Shown piece after piece: positions 21,401 through 31,578 of a stretch of 64,000 nt of DNA. The DNA lies in the NCBI GenBank assembly GCA_965240325.2, contig OZ251223.1, positions 1,178,001 to 1,242,000 on the forward strand, written 5' to 3'. Under the pieces are notes generated by a model. That model did no database searches, had not been told where the DNA came from, and saw nothing but the letters and a program-made list of their open reading frames with translations. Each line of letters starts with the position of its first letter. Positions within the stretch are counted from its first letter, which is position 1. The translations under genes and the position numbers were made by a program. This DNA is from Rebecca billardiae RCC1528 (lineage: Eukaryota; Protista; Haptophyta).

Positions 21401-21961
21401 GCCAGCTTCGAGTACATGGGATGCTTCAAGGACGACCGGATGCACGACCTCGACGTCGACCGCGGCGCCGATTTCATGAGCACGCGCGCGTGCGCCGTGG
21501 CGTGCGACGGGTACAAGTACTTTGGGCTCGAGGGCGACGCGTGCCACTGCGGGCCGCACTTTTCGACCTCGCGCCGTTACAAGCAGCTGGACGTCGAGGA
21601 GTGCGGGCCCGTGTGCGAGGGCGAGGAGGGGCTGGTGCCGCCGCGCTACTGCGGCGTGCACGATAAGGAATACATGAACGCCATCTACAAGAACCCGAGC
21701 TGGGTTGACGCTACGGAAGAGGCCGCGGCCGTCGACGCCGAGCATGCGCGCGCGCACGGATTCGGTGCCGCGCGCGCGCCGCTCGCGCACTCGGCGCTCG
21801 CCACGCCGCTGGCGCTGGTGCTCGCGCTGGTGGTGCTCGCCGTGTTCGCACAGCTCTCGCGCCGTGCCCGCCGGGCGCTGCAACGGCCGCCGTCGCCACC
21901 GCAACTGCCTAGCGCAGAGGGCAGCCCGAGCGGCGCTGTCACGACCATCACGATGCTGTGA
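18488..21961 (+). CDS. Large low-complexity membrane protein: IQ-like motif, TM, Pro-rich stalk, WSC domain, second TM
   Basis: 1157-aa ORF; AAATLISSTWQRHYAR (IQ-like); hydrophobic ALCCLVVILPGYLLLF; YMGCFKD...CAVAC..YKYFGLE...CHCG...CG...NAIY (WSC); LALVLALVVLAVF. Confidence 0.75.
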   Translation: MADLPPRGRAHYRRHQSGDLRKQIEQLNTFIKRTSARGSVADTSSVGGDEGWRSTESSPPLSPRHSDVAPPPMSDAGRGGGGGGARKYASSEKSSVDARQQRAAPEVVRTDYSRPSVWRGGLLLQNTRTRASTVAFSWRELEYGVDYVELFTGHMIRRVMADQLLINGRQLRDCRKAAATLISSTWQRHYARVIAREARRHATNSGASPRPRPLPPFVSQPGGLRMPPPARGGGGGGSVRANGGSGGAPRERSRSRERERSRSRERSENGGGAAAADGRGSERRGSSGRAASMACIGERTQASAAPSQSSAGAVTSTRARPAWMLDETLAAHNARSGVGAGAVPARRPASHRGMITGAHGGGLGGGGCGGSFRSARSERVGGGSPEHAVRLQRTNSAAGRVEHVETERRVWEGQGEHSYPREYEHPREYEQQQRARSRRARERPPPQQPSAQLPPRYEEPPYPPRRASDSDGADDSGSARSDAVDGVLSSGGELSDGEWQRRARSERLTRSRSVQSASAAYGVAEGYVGAGAEPHGGARVRKGLGRADDAAAGQGLRRAASCGASLASFSARGGGSEADAEVERLHDRVAELEAIVRAAAASSPYLQSGPLASDGRPIVQVGGGAVTPQSQAPAAPGQPRSGAPPAAQRVGAAPPPDGGARPLEERAHSMYAPQHAQLLQPAAAAAAHELSRTSSMPAPHAGGHELKGVRPPTIAVPQPEAQVPGVGPGGPSGGGVDLGGDLSVSPDHSTSGLSSRFSRGLGGGGASGQQSAPPSSRQQQRGRNFSTPPSAAPTPAGDSDEPPSLSDTQEESAAKRALRELRSSPRALAAIAAALCCLVVILPGYLLLFAALRRRDGPAAGQGAGGEQGGAAGGGTGPSHGGAVAPLGGAPGPAPARPGAAPSPPSKRPPRAQHGPHPAQRVASPPPSPPALGPPTMGGGPPPGGMVGPPALPPSPPAPAAPPMMPPPAPPASFEYMGCFKDDRMHDLDVDRGADFMSTRACAVACDGYKYFGLEGDACHCGPHFSTSRRYKQLDVEECGPVCEGEEGLVPPRYCGVHDKEYMNAIYKNPSWVDATEEAAAVDAEHARAHGFGAARAPLAHSALATPLALVLALVVLAVFAQLSRRARRALQRPPSPPQLPSAEGSPSGAVTTITML

Positions 21962-22291
21962 CTTTGACTCTCGGAACGCAGGATGATGTTGTGACGAGCA
22001 GCGCGCACATAAGACGTATAGTCCGGCGCATGGCCCGCATGAGTCATGACGAAGATCCCGCCATGATCAGCTTGCTTGCTACATAGTACGTCGTACTATC
22101 ATCACTAGACTGTAAGCAGAAAGTCGTCAGATGATCGACGATGACGATGATAGCGCCTGGTAGTTTGTGCTGACTTCAGTGACGATGGTGCGGGCGGACG
22201 CGCCAGCCTGTCGCCTGTTCAAGAGGCCACCGGGGCGCGGGGGCGGTCGTCGTAGAGAATGCCATCGGTGCCGACGCACGGCGACGCGCGC

Positions 22292-22951
22292 CTACGACTC
22301 ATCGGGCACCGGGCTGCCGCATCGCCGCCTGAACTTGCGCCACAGCGGCGACTGCGTGCCGAGCTCAGTGAGGATCTCAGCAGCTGGCACATCCGCCAGC
22401 ACCCACCACACGTCTCTCTCCAGCTGGCGCTCGAGCTCGCCAGGAGCCCACACCTCCTGGTTGAAGAAGAACTTGAAGCAAGATGCGTCGCATTTGCCCT
22501 CCGAGATGCATGCCTGAGCGTGCGCCAGCCCACCGGCAAAGATGCCGCTCTGGCCGATCGGCTTTGAGCCCTGCACAAATGGCTGGTCGTGGAACATGAG
22601 GACGGTGTCTGTCCCGCCGCCGCCGCCGCGGAAGACGGGGTTCTGGGCGAAGCAGCCCATGCCCTCCGCCATCTCACCCATCAAAAAGGGCGTCTCCCTG
22701 TTGAGCAGCACTCCTCGGCTGCCTTCGGGCGAGTGCACGTGCAGGAAGACGACGGCTTCATGGTAGAAATGGTCGAATTGGTCGTCCTTCGCGACGAGCA
22801 CAACGCCTGGAGACAGCAGCTCCCTGCCATCGAGGCGAACTGAAGCGCGTGCACGCGCAGGTGCGCCCCGGAAAGCGCTGCTCACCTGCGCCCCAAGGGC
22901 GGGACAGACGGCTGCCACCCCGAGGAGCGTCCTCGTCGCCGTCGTCGCCAT
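22292..22951 (-). CDS. YqgE/AlgH (DUF179) family protein, probably organelle-targeted
   Basis: FYHEAVVFL..HSPEGSRGVLLNR, VFRGG, FKFFFN..VWAPGELERQL....WW. Confidence 0.85.
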   Translation of the reverse strand: MATTATRTLLGVAAVCPALGAQVSSAFRGAPARARASVRLDGRELLSPGVVLVAKDDQFDHFYHEAVVFLHVHSPEGSRGVLLNRETPFLMGEMAEGMGCFAQNPVFRGGGGGTDTVLMFHDQPFVQGSKPIGQSGIFAGGLAHAQACISEGKCDASCFKFFFNQEVWAPGELERQLERDVWWVLADVPAAEILTELGTQSPLWRKFRRRCGSPVPDES

Positions 22952-23081
22952 CCTCGTTGGACGACGCGCGTGTGATTTATCATTTACTAGCATCGATCAT
23001 CAGCTAGTTACAGTTTACTAACCTTATGTTTTAACGTGCACACTTGGTGATGGGGGTATAAAGGCGTGATTGACGCCATTA

Positions 23082-23398
23082 TAACGGGCTCCGGGTGAAT
23101 GGGTGATCAGACTGGCGGCCGAAGCCTCCAGCCCTACCCTGGCCAGCCCCCAACCAACCACCACCCTCACCCAACCTCAAACCACTGACCGAGACACCAA
23201 GGACACTGCACAAAGACACCGCCACAGGGCGTGGTATTTACTGCGGGTACTCATCACTTACTGCTACTACTTTGAATACTAAGACTAGTTAGATAGGTAC
23301 ATACGGGGTTGGGTTGGGGTGGTGGTTGGTTGGGGCCCTGGCCAGGGTAGGGCTCGGGAGGCTTCGGCCGCCAGTCTGATCACTCCCGGAGCCCGTTA
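23082..23398. mobile_element. MITE-like element with about 100-bp imperfect TIRs flanked by TA; solo partial end at about 23483-23527
   Basis: Left end TAACGGGCTCCGGG..GATCAGACTGGCGGCCGAAGCCTCC..GCCCTACCCTGGCCAG is the reverse complement of the right end; TA at 23080-23081 and 23399-23400. Confidence 0.75.
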
Positions 23399-23578
23399 TA
23401 AAGTAGCCAAGTAGGGATTTTTTTTGAAAAAAATACACGTATGCGTACTAATAAATATATTACAAACCCCTTTATTATTTAATAATGGGCTCCGGGTTCC
23501 GATCAGACTGGCGACCGAAGCCTCCATAGCTTGACCATACCCCCATGGCCGATGGCAGAATATGCTCAGTAGTAACAG

Positions 23579-23609
<31 letters not shown>

Positions 23610-23824
23610 GAAGCTACAGTTTACTGCTAGTTATTTAAGCTCAGTAGTTGTAAACTCTACGTCTACTGCTATACAGGTAACAGGTCTCAAACAGGAGCAG
23701 ACTGAATACAGCTGCGACAGTTGACGTCGACAGTCGACTGTCGACGAGTAGTGTCGGGCTGACAGGCCGGCGACGATAGCTGCATGTATGACAATTGTGA
23801 ATTGACATGATAGTTACGCGGACG

Positions 23825-25723
23825 CTACTCGTTGCACAAGCTGTTGAGCATGGCCATCAGGTCTGACAACCCGACGACATTGCCGCTCAGACTGCCGAGA
23901 GGGCATGGCGGAGTGACGACGACTCTGGTGGACGACGCATTGGCTGCGTCTGCCGGCCGGTCATTGGAGAAGACGCCTGCTTGGGCCACTCCGGCGCCTG
24001 CATCGGCGTGCGCGGAGACCGGAGAGCCTCGCGCAGCCGTGGCCGGCTTGGCTGGCGCACTTGTTACCGGCGCAGCAGCATGCGGCCAGCTGCCCATGCC
24101 GTTGGCAGCCTTTTTCTCGGAGAAGCGAGTGCGCATGTGACTCTGCGCCTGTGCCTCACCCGCATCCCCCCCTGCCCTGGGCCCATACCCCGCATCCTCG
24201 CGCCCAATGTACGCCCCGCACATCCACGCGTCCAACTCCGCCACGTTGCGCGCGCCAGGCACGAGTCGCGACGCCTTGCGCGGGAGCGGCCCGATGAAGT
24301 GATGCGTGTCCAACGTTTCGTGGAAGCGCGGGAGGCTGATGCCAAATGAGTCATGCATCCGGTAGGGGGCTCCTTCGCCCCAGAACTTCCTGAGCCACTG
24401 GAGGTACTCGCGCTGGCGCTCGACAGTCCAGCGGATCTTTGCGTTCGTTCTGTACTCGGCTGCATGCCCGTCCTCGCGGCGGTGCCCCCACGCTGAACTC
24501 ATGCGCCATATGAGCGTGGGGACGCGCTCGCCGGCCGCGGCCGCGCGCTCGAGCGGCCCTCGCAGCGTGCCGAACCACAGGGCCCAGTCTGCGAGGTGGC
24601 GCTCCGCCGGCAGCCACTGGAGGTCCCACTGCGCATAGTTGAACACGACGTGCGTATAGTTTGCCCCGTCGGGCGCAGACAATGCGCCCTCGATCACATG
24701 CTGCAGGATACTGAGGCGGTTGGACCACGCGCGAGCAGGGCCGGCACCAGTGAGTGTGATGCCACCCCCGCCAAAGTATTTCCACGCGCGCGCCACCGCG
24801 CCCGCCTTGCGGCCCGTCGCGCGCTCCAGTGTGTTGTATGCCTCGCGCGTGTGCGAGTCTCCGACGAAAAGGACGCGCACGCCCCGCGCGACGCAGCGCT
24901 CGACGGCCGGCCTGTCAAAGACCAGAAGGCGGCACTGCAGCGGCTCCCACCGCAGCGAGCACTCAGAGCCGTGCCCCGGCGCACGCACCCACCGGCCCAC
25001 GTCGGCGCGCGCACCCTGGTCGTGACGAGCCGACGCGGCGTTGGCACAGGGCGTTGTGGGCAGTGTAATAGGGCTGCCTGGCACCACCGCGCTCGCGATG
25101 GTGGGGAACGGCCAGCCACTCTCACCAGGGTGCAGGCGTGTAGGCGTAGAGGACTCGCTGGAGTCTGCGCGTACCGCGGATGCGGGCACCAGCGGCCGGC
25201 AGAGCGGCGCGAAGGCCGGGTGGGCTTTGCGCCAGTATGAGTCTTTCCTTTCGAACAGCGCCATGTGTGGCCACGCGCCCAAGTCCGGGCCCATCGATCC
25301 GGACCTGTTCTCGTACATGAGCGTCGCCTCAAGCTCGTAAGTCCCAGGGTCATACACGGCAGCTGTGATCCGATACTGGCCGAGCGAGAGCTCGTGCACC
25401 TCGGCAGGGATCACGGCCGGCCCGCGCCACGCGGCGTACAGATCCATTCCCGTCGCCGCGCCCGCGCGCAGCGTGACGCCCACCTGCGCGGGCGTGCGCG
25501 GGCTCGCACGCCCGCTGACGCGCACCTCGCCCACGCTCATCGACACGCGGCTGCCGGCGAGCAGAGGCGCCACGTCGGCAGGCTGCGCGCGGCAGAACCT
25601 TTCGATGGGGTAGATGTGCGCTGACTGGGCGCACTCATCGCCGCGCAGCCACGGCTCACGCGCGGGGATCACCGCCACGTCCGCTGCCGCGATGGCGAAT
25701 GCCAGCCACGACGCGGCCAACAT
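23825..25723 (-). CDS. Secreted SGNH/PC-esterase (NXPE/TBL-like) acyl-esterase or acyltransferase with an Ig-like N-terminal domain
   Basis: Signal peptide MLAASWLAFAIAAA; GQYRI...DPGTYEL (Ig-like); W.P..C, VLFVGDSHTR (GDS), FNYAQWD, DTHH (DxxH). Confidence 0.72.
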   Translation of the reverse strand: MLAASWLAFAIAAADVAVIPAREPWLRGDECAQSAHIYPIERFCRAQPADVAPLLAGSRVSMSVGEVRVSGRASPRTPAQVGVTLRAGAATGMDLYAAWRGPAVIPAEVHELSLGQYRITAAVYDPGTYELEATLMYENRSGSMGPDLGAWPHMALFERKDSYWRKAHPAFAPLCRPLVPASAVRADSSESSTPTRLHPGESGWPFPTIASAVVPGSPITLPTTPCANAASARHDQGARADVGRWVRAPGHGSECSLRWEPLQCRLLVFDRPAVERCVARGVRVLFVGDSHTREAYNTLERATGRKAGAVARAWKYFGGGGITLTGAGPARAWSNRLSILQHVIEGALSAPDGANYTHVVFNYAQWDLQWLPAERHLADWALWFGTLRGPLERAAAAGERVPTLIWRMSSAWGHRREDGHAAEYRTNAKIRWTVERQREYLQWLRKFWGEGAPYRMHDSFGISLPRFHETLDTHHFIGPLPRKASRLVPGARNVAELDAWMCGAYIGREDAGYGPRAGGDAGEAQAQSHMRTRFSEKKAANGMGSWPHAAAPVTSAPAKPATAARGSPVSAHADAGAGVAQAGVFSNDRPADAANASSTRVVVTPPCPLGSLSGNVVGLSDLMAMLNSLCNE

Positions 25724-27205
25724 CGTCGAGCGTACGACAACGTGGCCAGGCCAGGGTGCCAAGGTGAGAGCCACGCTCAGTATCATCAGATACAAATAGG
25801 CGCCAATGCCTACTCGCCCATGCGAAAGTCGCTCGCTGATCGAATAGAGATCGACAGCATCAATACGCGCTCGCTGCCGTCTGCGGGTAGTGCAAGTATC
25901 CGCTCTTGATTATCGATCGTTTGCACCTTTGCGAACGTGGGCCGGGCCGTATCTACCGTGTCACTCGACGCGCGCGGTCGCTCGCTGATCGCACCCACGG
26001 CACGGGCGCAAACGAGCGATCGCAACCTGGAAGCGCAGCAGCACACCGGCCGAGCTCGAGGCGTATTGCCGCGCCAACAGCGAGCGTGAGCGTGTGCGAC
26101 ACCGCGGCAGGATGCCCGAAAAGCACTCGCGCAAGGACGGCTCGTGACCGTCGCGCCCGCGCGGCGCGCAACACCGTCTGAACGCCTTCAGCCTTGCCTA
26201 GTAGTGCCTTCATGCACGGATGACCAGCACGCGACGCTTGTCGCGCGTGAGACGGGTCAAACTCGGGCTGCGCTCGCGCCTCACGTCCGACGTCCACAGC
26301 ATGCGCCGCCTTGGCAAGAAGAGCGCAAGGCCGCGCTGCACAACCGATTCATTCACTGTTCACACACGCGGGCAGAATGGCCACCACAAACCATGCTGCT
26401 GTCAGCTGTGAATTCGGTGTGCGTCACGGCCGTGACGACGCAGGATGCTCAGCTATGCCGCGCCGACACAGCATCGTCTGTTACGTGTACATTAGTCGCA
26501 TCTGTCGGGCTGCCAGTCTCATGTCAGCTGGCTGCCGGTCGAGTGACGACGAAGCCCACTCCCGTTCCATTGTGAGCAATATATATCTTTGGCAGGACTC
26601 GCTCTGCGACACCGCCAACAGAAAGGACAGTGGCAACCCGGGGACTTTGACCCCGCGCCCCTCTCGCGGGCTCTGGCGCGCGAACGCGTATCCACTAGTG
26701 GCCGCCGAGCCGTTACCGTAGATTGGCGCTCCGTGCACCAACAAAGACATCCCCAGCCGCATGTTGCCACTCGACATCTCGTCTCGCCTCGCGCGGAGCC
26801 AACTTGTGGTGTGCGGGAGCCTGTGGCTGTGACGCTTGCCCGCGTAAACCCGTTGCATACCACGTCGTTAAATAAATAATAAATGATGAATGAATGAATA
26901 ATATATAAATATGAATAATATACTACAGTATATACTCGGCTGCTACGTATAGTGCCCAAGGCTATCAGACTGCAGAGTGCAGGCTAGTTGAGTAGTCGGT
27001 GACATTGGCAGGACCGCTGACCTAAAATTAAATGACAGCCCAAGCACACACGCGCGACTCATCGGCCCCGGCCTGATCGCTGCGAAGAGTTCCTAAGGGC
27101 AAGGCGTGAACGGCCACTGCGGGTTAGCGGCGGCGGTGCGGATGCCACGGACGCTGGTCCGAGCATGCTCCGCCGCCAGCACCTCCGGGCGAGACTCGCA
27201 GCAAC

Positions 27206-28502
27206 TCATGGAGGGACGCCACCCAGTACCATTTTGAGGCGATCGAAAATCATTACGCGCCAGCCCTTCTCCGTCCTGTCCTTCTCCTCGACAGGCACGT
27301 CGGTCTGCACGAGCTTCAGCTTCGTGTTGCCCCCGTCCTCCTTGAGCGTCATCTCGACGCGCGAGAAGTGCGACGGCTGCCACGTGTTGAAGCGCCACTT
27401 CTGCACGATCTTCTCGCCCGGCACCTGCGCGGCGCGGCCGGGTGGGGTGCGGGCGCGCGGCGGCGTGAGCCTCTGCTGCGCGACCAGGCCGCACGCACCG
27501 CGCCTCGCGCCGCTGGCCCGTCCTGGCCTGGCGCTGCGCTCGCGCCGGGCGCCGCCGCGCGCCCCATGCAGGCGGGCAGCGCCGCTCGTGCCGCGCGGCG
27601 CCGCGCGCCACTCACCAGCTCGAGCAGCTCGCCCTCGACCGAGCCGTTGAAGAGCGTCAGCTTGCCGCCGACCTTCGGGTCGATGGCGGCGTCGGCGGCC
27701 GTGGCCGCGCGCATCCGATTCGTGTCGAGCAGCGAGTCGTACACGAAGCGCGCGGCGAGCGGGAACTCGTAGTCGACCTCGAGCCGCGCGGTCTCCGACT
27801 TGCCGTCCGAGCCGGAGACCACGTACGTGTTGTTCGAGCGCTGCTTGACCACGGGCTTCTCGACGGGCTTGCCCGCCGCGGCCGCGGCGTCGCTGCTCTC
27901 CCCCGCGGCCACCCGGCCCTTGAGCTCCGCCGCCCACTCGAGCGCCTTCGCCTTGGCGAGCTTGGCGCCCTGCACCCGCATCAGCTCCTTGAGCTTGCGC
28001 TTCTCGCCCGCGTCGTCGTCGCACGTGACCTCGCACGGCAGGTCACTGAGCGTCTCCTCGCTGAGGTCCTCTATCCGCAGCGTGCCTTTCGCCTCGTGCG
28101 CCACCTTGCCCTCCGCGTCGAAGAGCTGCCCCTCCCACTTGAGCTTGATGTCCAGCTCGTACAGCGCGAAGCGCCTCTGCTTGCGCGATTGCAGCGAGAC
28201 CTCGCCCGTGATCGACTCGACCTTCGTGATCTTGCACGAGCCCGTCGAGTCGTCGAGCGCGGCGATGCCCACGAACATGGCGGTCAGCCTCTCCTTCGCC
28301 CACGCAGTCTGGTCCTTCTCCTCCCTGCGGGCGCGCGCACATGCGCGCATGTGGGCAGCGCGCGCTCGTACCGGTCATGCGCCGGCAGCGGGCGGCCAGA
28401 TCGCGCGGGCGGCCAGACGTACCAGTGCCACGAGTTCACGTTGCGCCCATCGTCGCGCTCCTTCACGATCCAGCGCTGGTCGCCCTCGCCGAGCTTCGCC
28501 AT
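27206..28502 (-). CDS. AHA1: Activator of Hsp90 ATPase; introns 28325-28422, 27425-27615
   Basis: MAKLGEGDQRWIVKERDDGRNVNSWHW|EEKD, Aha1_N domain, C-terminal AHSA1 domain (KIVQKWRF, TKLKLVQTDVP, TEKGW). Confidence 0.95.
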
Positions 28503-28674
28503 CTGCGCTGATGGTCGAGCGGCAAGCTGAGCTCACGCCCGTTGCCGCGTCGTGAACGCTTCCAGACGTTGACGAAGGCGTGCGATGCGGCCGCGGCTTT
28601 TCCATTCCCCATTCTTTTTTTTCCCAGCGCGGGCGAGAAAAGAAAAAAGTAATAAAAAACGTCTTCGCGGCACG

Positions 28675-31578
28675 ATGGCGAAGGGTGCGAAGCCCAAGCC
28701 GAAGGGCGGCCGAAGCTCGTCCGCGCCCGCGACGAGCGGACGGCGTGCGCGTGGCGCCGCGGTCGCCGGCGTGGTTGGCGTCGTCTCGATCGCCCTCGCC
28801 CTCGCGCTCCGCGCGCGCCTCGCCCCGGTGCACGAGGCCGGCGCGCACGGCGCGTGGACGTACACGCCGCTCGCCGACGCGCTGCCGGATGCGCACATGC
28901 GCGAGCTGCGGTGGGGCACGTACCGGCCGGGGGTGTACGCGGGCGTGAAGTCGCGCACGTACCCCGAGTCGCTCGCCGCGGGCGTGATGTGGGCCTTCCC
29001 CGCCCCCGCCGCCGAGGACGGCTGGGCCCTCCGCCACGACTGCCTCGAGAGCGACGGTCTGCAGAAATACGGGTACACGATGCACGATGGCCGCTCGGTG
29101 GGGGCGCAGCAGGTGGAGGACGCGGCGGCCGGGCTGCGCCTCAACACCACCTTCGTCCGCCTCGACACGCACTCCGCCGAATCCTGGGTCCTCGCCGTCG
29201 ACTGCGAGCAGCTGCCCGCCGCCGCGGCCGCGGCCGCGCGCGCGCGCGGCCCGCCCGCCAGCCTGCTGCTGTATGCTGCACTGGATCGGGAGGGCGAGCG
29301 CGCGCGCGGCGGCGGGCTGGTGCTCGACGAGGGCGCGGAGCCGCCCGCCGCCCAGGCGTTCACGCTCCGCGGCACGAGCGCGGCGCTCGGAGGTGCCTTC
29401 GCACTGCGGCTCGGCCACGTGAGCGGCTCAGCCGGCGCGGCGGCCGACGGCGGCGAGGCGGGCGGCGCGGCCGCGCGCGCCCGCGTGTGGTCGCCGCCGG
29501 ACTCGCTCGGGCTGGCGGAGCTCGCGGCGGAGGTGCGCCGGCAGCTGGAGGCGAACGGCGGCGTGCTGCCGCTCGACGCGTTCCGCACGGGCGCGCGCAC
29601 CGTCGTCGTGCAGCTGCAGCTGCCGCCCGGTGGCGCGGGCACGGACGGCGCAGACGGCGCGCGCGTGCTCGCGCGCGCACAGATCGGCTTCGCCGCCGCG
29701 GCCGAGAAGGGCGGGGGCGCGGCGGCGGGCGCGGTGGCCCCGCCGGCGACGGAGCCGTCGGAGCTCGAGCGCATCGTCGGTGAGCGCGAGCGCGCCTTCC
29801 GCGCGCGCTTCGACGCGGCGTTCCCGCTCGCGGGCCGCGAGCTCGGAGGCTCGACGATGGGAGAGCGCGAGGCCGCGTGCGCGCGCGAGGCGCTGTCACT
29901 GCTGCTCGGCAGCCATGCGTTTCTGTACGGCAGCTCGGTGGTGCGCGAGGCGGGGGCGACGGGCGGCGGCGCGCTCTCGCACACGCCGCCGGCGCCGCTC
30001 TTCACCGCCGTCCCCTCGCGCGCCTTCTTCCCGCGCGGCTTCCTCTGGGACGAAGGATTCCACCAACTTCTCGGCGCGCGGCACGACCGCGCGCTCGCGC
30101 TCGACGTGCTGCTGCACTGGGCGGCGCTGGTGGACGGGGAGGGCTGGGTGGCGCGGGAGCAGATCCTGGGGGCGGAGGCGCGCGCGCGCGTGCCGCCCGA
30201 GTTCGTGCCGCAGCAGCGCCACGTCGCCAACCCGCCCACGCTGCTGCTGCTCCTCGAGCTGCTGCTGCGCACGCCGCGCGTCGGCTGCGCGGACGCGCCG
30301 TGCGAGGCGGGCGCGCTCGGCGGCGAGGCCGGCGCGGACGAGCGCGCGCTCGCGCGCGCGCTGCCCGCGCTCGAGCGGTGGTACACGTGGCTGCTCCGCT
30401 CGCAGCGCTCGGCGGTCGCCGACGACGCCGCCGCCGACTCGGACCACCCCTCCGCCGCGCACTTCCACGGCTACCGCTGGCGCGGCCGCTCGGAGTCCGA
30501 CGGCCGACTCAACGCGATGACGCTCGCCTCGGGCTTGGACGACTTCCCGCGCGCGACGACGCCGACGCAGGACGAGCGGCACGTCGACCTGCTGTGCTGG
30601 CTCGCGCTCGGCGCGCGCGTGCTCGCCGACGCGGCGCGCCGCTTCCCCGCCGTGCTCGAGGCCGACGGTCCGCACTACGACGCTCTCGGGGCCTCGCTCC
30701 GCGCGTCGCTCGACGCTCTGCACTGGTCGGAAGCTTCCGGAACTTACCAGGACTGGGGGCTGACGGCGAGCGGCGGCAGCCTGGTCGAGCACGTCGTGTT
30801 CAAGTGCGCCGCGGCGGACGGCTCGCAGCTCGAGGCGGACGCCCCCGCGGAGAAGCTGCGCCGCGCCGCGTCGAGCGCGTGTCCCCGCTCGCACCCGCAG
30901 TTCCTATTTCCTCTCGGCGACGGCGTGGGCGGGCTGCTCACGCGCACGCGCCTCCGGCCGAGCCGGACGAAGCGGCAGCACGTCGGGTTCGTCGGGTACG
31001 TCTCGCTCTTCCCGCTCTTCCTCAAGCTGATCCCGCCCGCGTCGGAGCGGCTCGGCCGCACGATCGACGCGCTGCACGACCCGTCGCGCCTCTGGTCGCC
31101 GCACGGCCTACGCTCGCTCTCCAAGTCTGACCTGCTGTACGGAGTGCCCAACGCGCCCGGCGACGCGCCCTACTGGCGCGGGCCCATCTGGATCAACGCG
31201 AACTACCTCGCGCTCGCCGGGCTGCACCACTACGGTGCGCGCGCGCGCGCGTGTGCCGAGCCCGCGCGCGTGTGGGGGCGCTCGGCACGAGCCGAGCGCG
31301 AGCCGACCCCTGACCCCCCGCACGCCGCCGCGCTCGCGCCCCGCGCCCCCCGCCGTGCTCGCGCGTGCGCAGCCAACACGCCGGGGCCCTACGCGGTGCG
31401 CGCGCGCACTGTGTACGAGGAGCTGCGATCCAACGTCGTGCGCACCGTGCTGGCGGAGTACGAGCGCACGGGCTTCCTCTTCGAGCAGTACAACGACGAG
31501 ACGGGCGCTGGGCAGCGCACGCGCCCGTTCAACGGCTGGACGACACTCGTCGCGCTCATCATGGCCGAGATGTACTGA
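28675..31578 (+). CDS. MOGS: Mannosyl-oligosaccharide glucosidase (glucosidase I, GH63); in-frame intron 31235-31372
   Basis: Type II TM; WGTYRPGVY, LRHDC, HDGR, LFTAVPSRAFFPRGFLWDEGFH, REQILG, NPPT, TLASGLDDFPR, GYVSLFP, YWRGPIWIN, EQY, PFNGWT. Confidence 0.96.
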   Translation: MAKGAKPKPKGGRSSSAPATSGRRARGAAVAGVVGVVSIALALALRARLAPVHEAGAHGAWTYTPLADALPDAHMRELRWGTYRPGVYAGVKSRTYPESLAAGVMWAFPAPAAEDGWALRHDCLESDGLQKYGYTMHDGRSVGAQQVEDAAAGLRLNTTFVRLDTHSAESWVLAVDCEQLPAAAAAAARARGPPASLLLYAALDREGERARGGGLVLDEGAEPPAAQAFTLRGTSAALGGAFALRLGHVSGSAGAAADGGEAGGAAARARVWSPPDSLGLAELAAEVRRQLEANGGVLPLDAFRTGARTVVVQLQLPPGGAGTDGADGARVLARAQIGFAAAAEKGGGAAAGAVAPPATEPSELERIVGERERAFRARFDAAFPLAGRELGGSTMGEREAACAREALSLLLGSHAFLYGSSVVREAGATGGGALSHTPPAPLFTAVPSRAFFPRGFLWDEGFHQLLGARHDRALALDVLLHWAALVDGEGWVAREQILGAEARARVPPEFVPQQRHVANPPTLLLLLELLLRTPRVGCADAPCEAGALGGEAGADERALARALPALERWYTWLLRSQRSAVADDAAADSDHPSAAHFHGYRWRGRSESDGRLNAMTLASGLDDFPRATTPTQDERHVDLLCWLALGARVLADAARRFPAVLEADGPHYDALGASLRASLDALHWSEASGTYQDWGLTASGGSLVEHVVFKCAAADGSQLEADAPAEKLRRAASSACPRSHPQFLFPLGDGVGGLLTRTRLRPSRTKRQHVGFVGYVSLFPLFLKLIPPASERLGRTIDALHDPSRLWSPHGLRSLSKSDLLYGVPNAPGDAPYWRGPIWINANYLALAGLHHYGARARACAEPARVWGRSARAEREPTPDPPHAAALAPRAPRRARACAANTPGPYAVRARTVYEELRSNVVRTVLAEYERTGFLFEQYNDETGAGQRTRPFNGWTTLVALIMAEMY

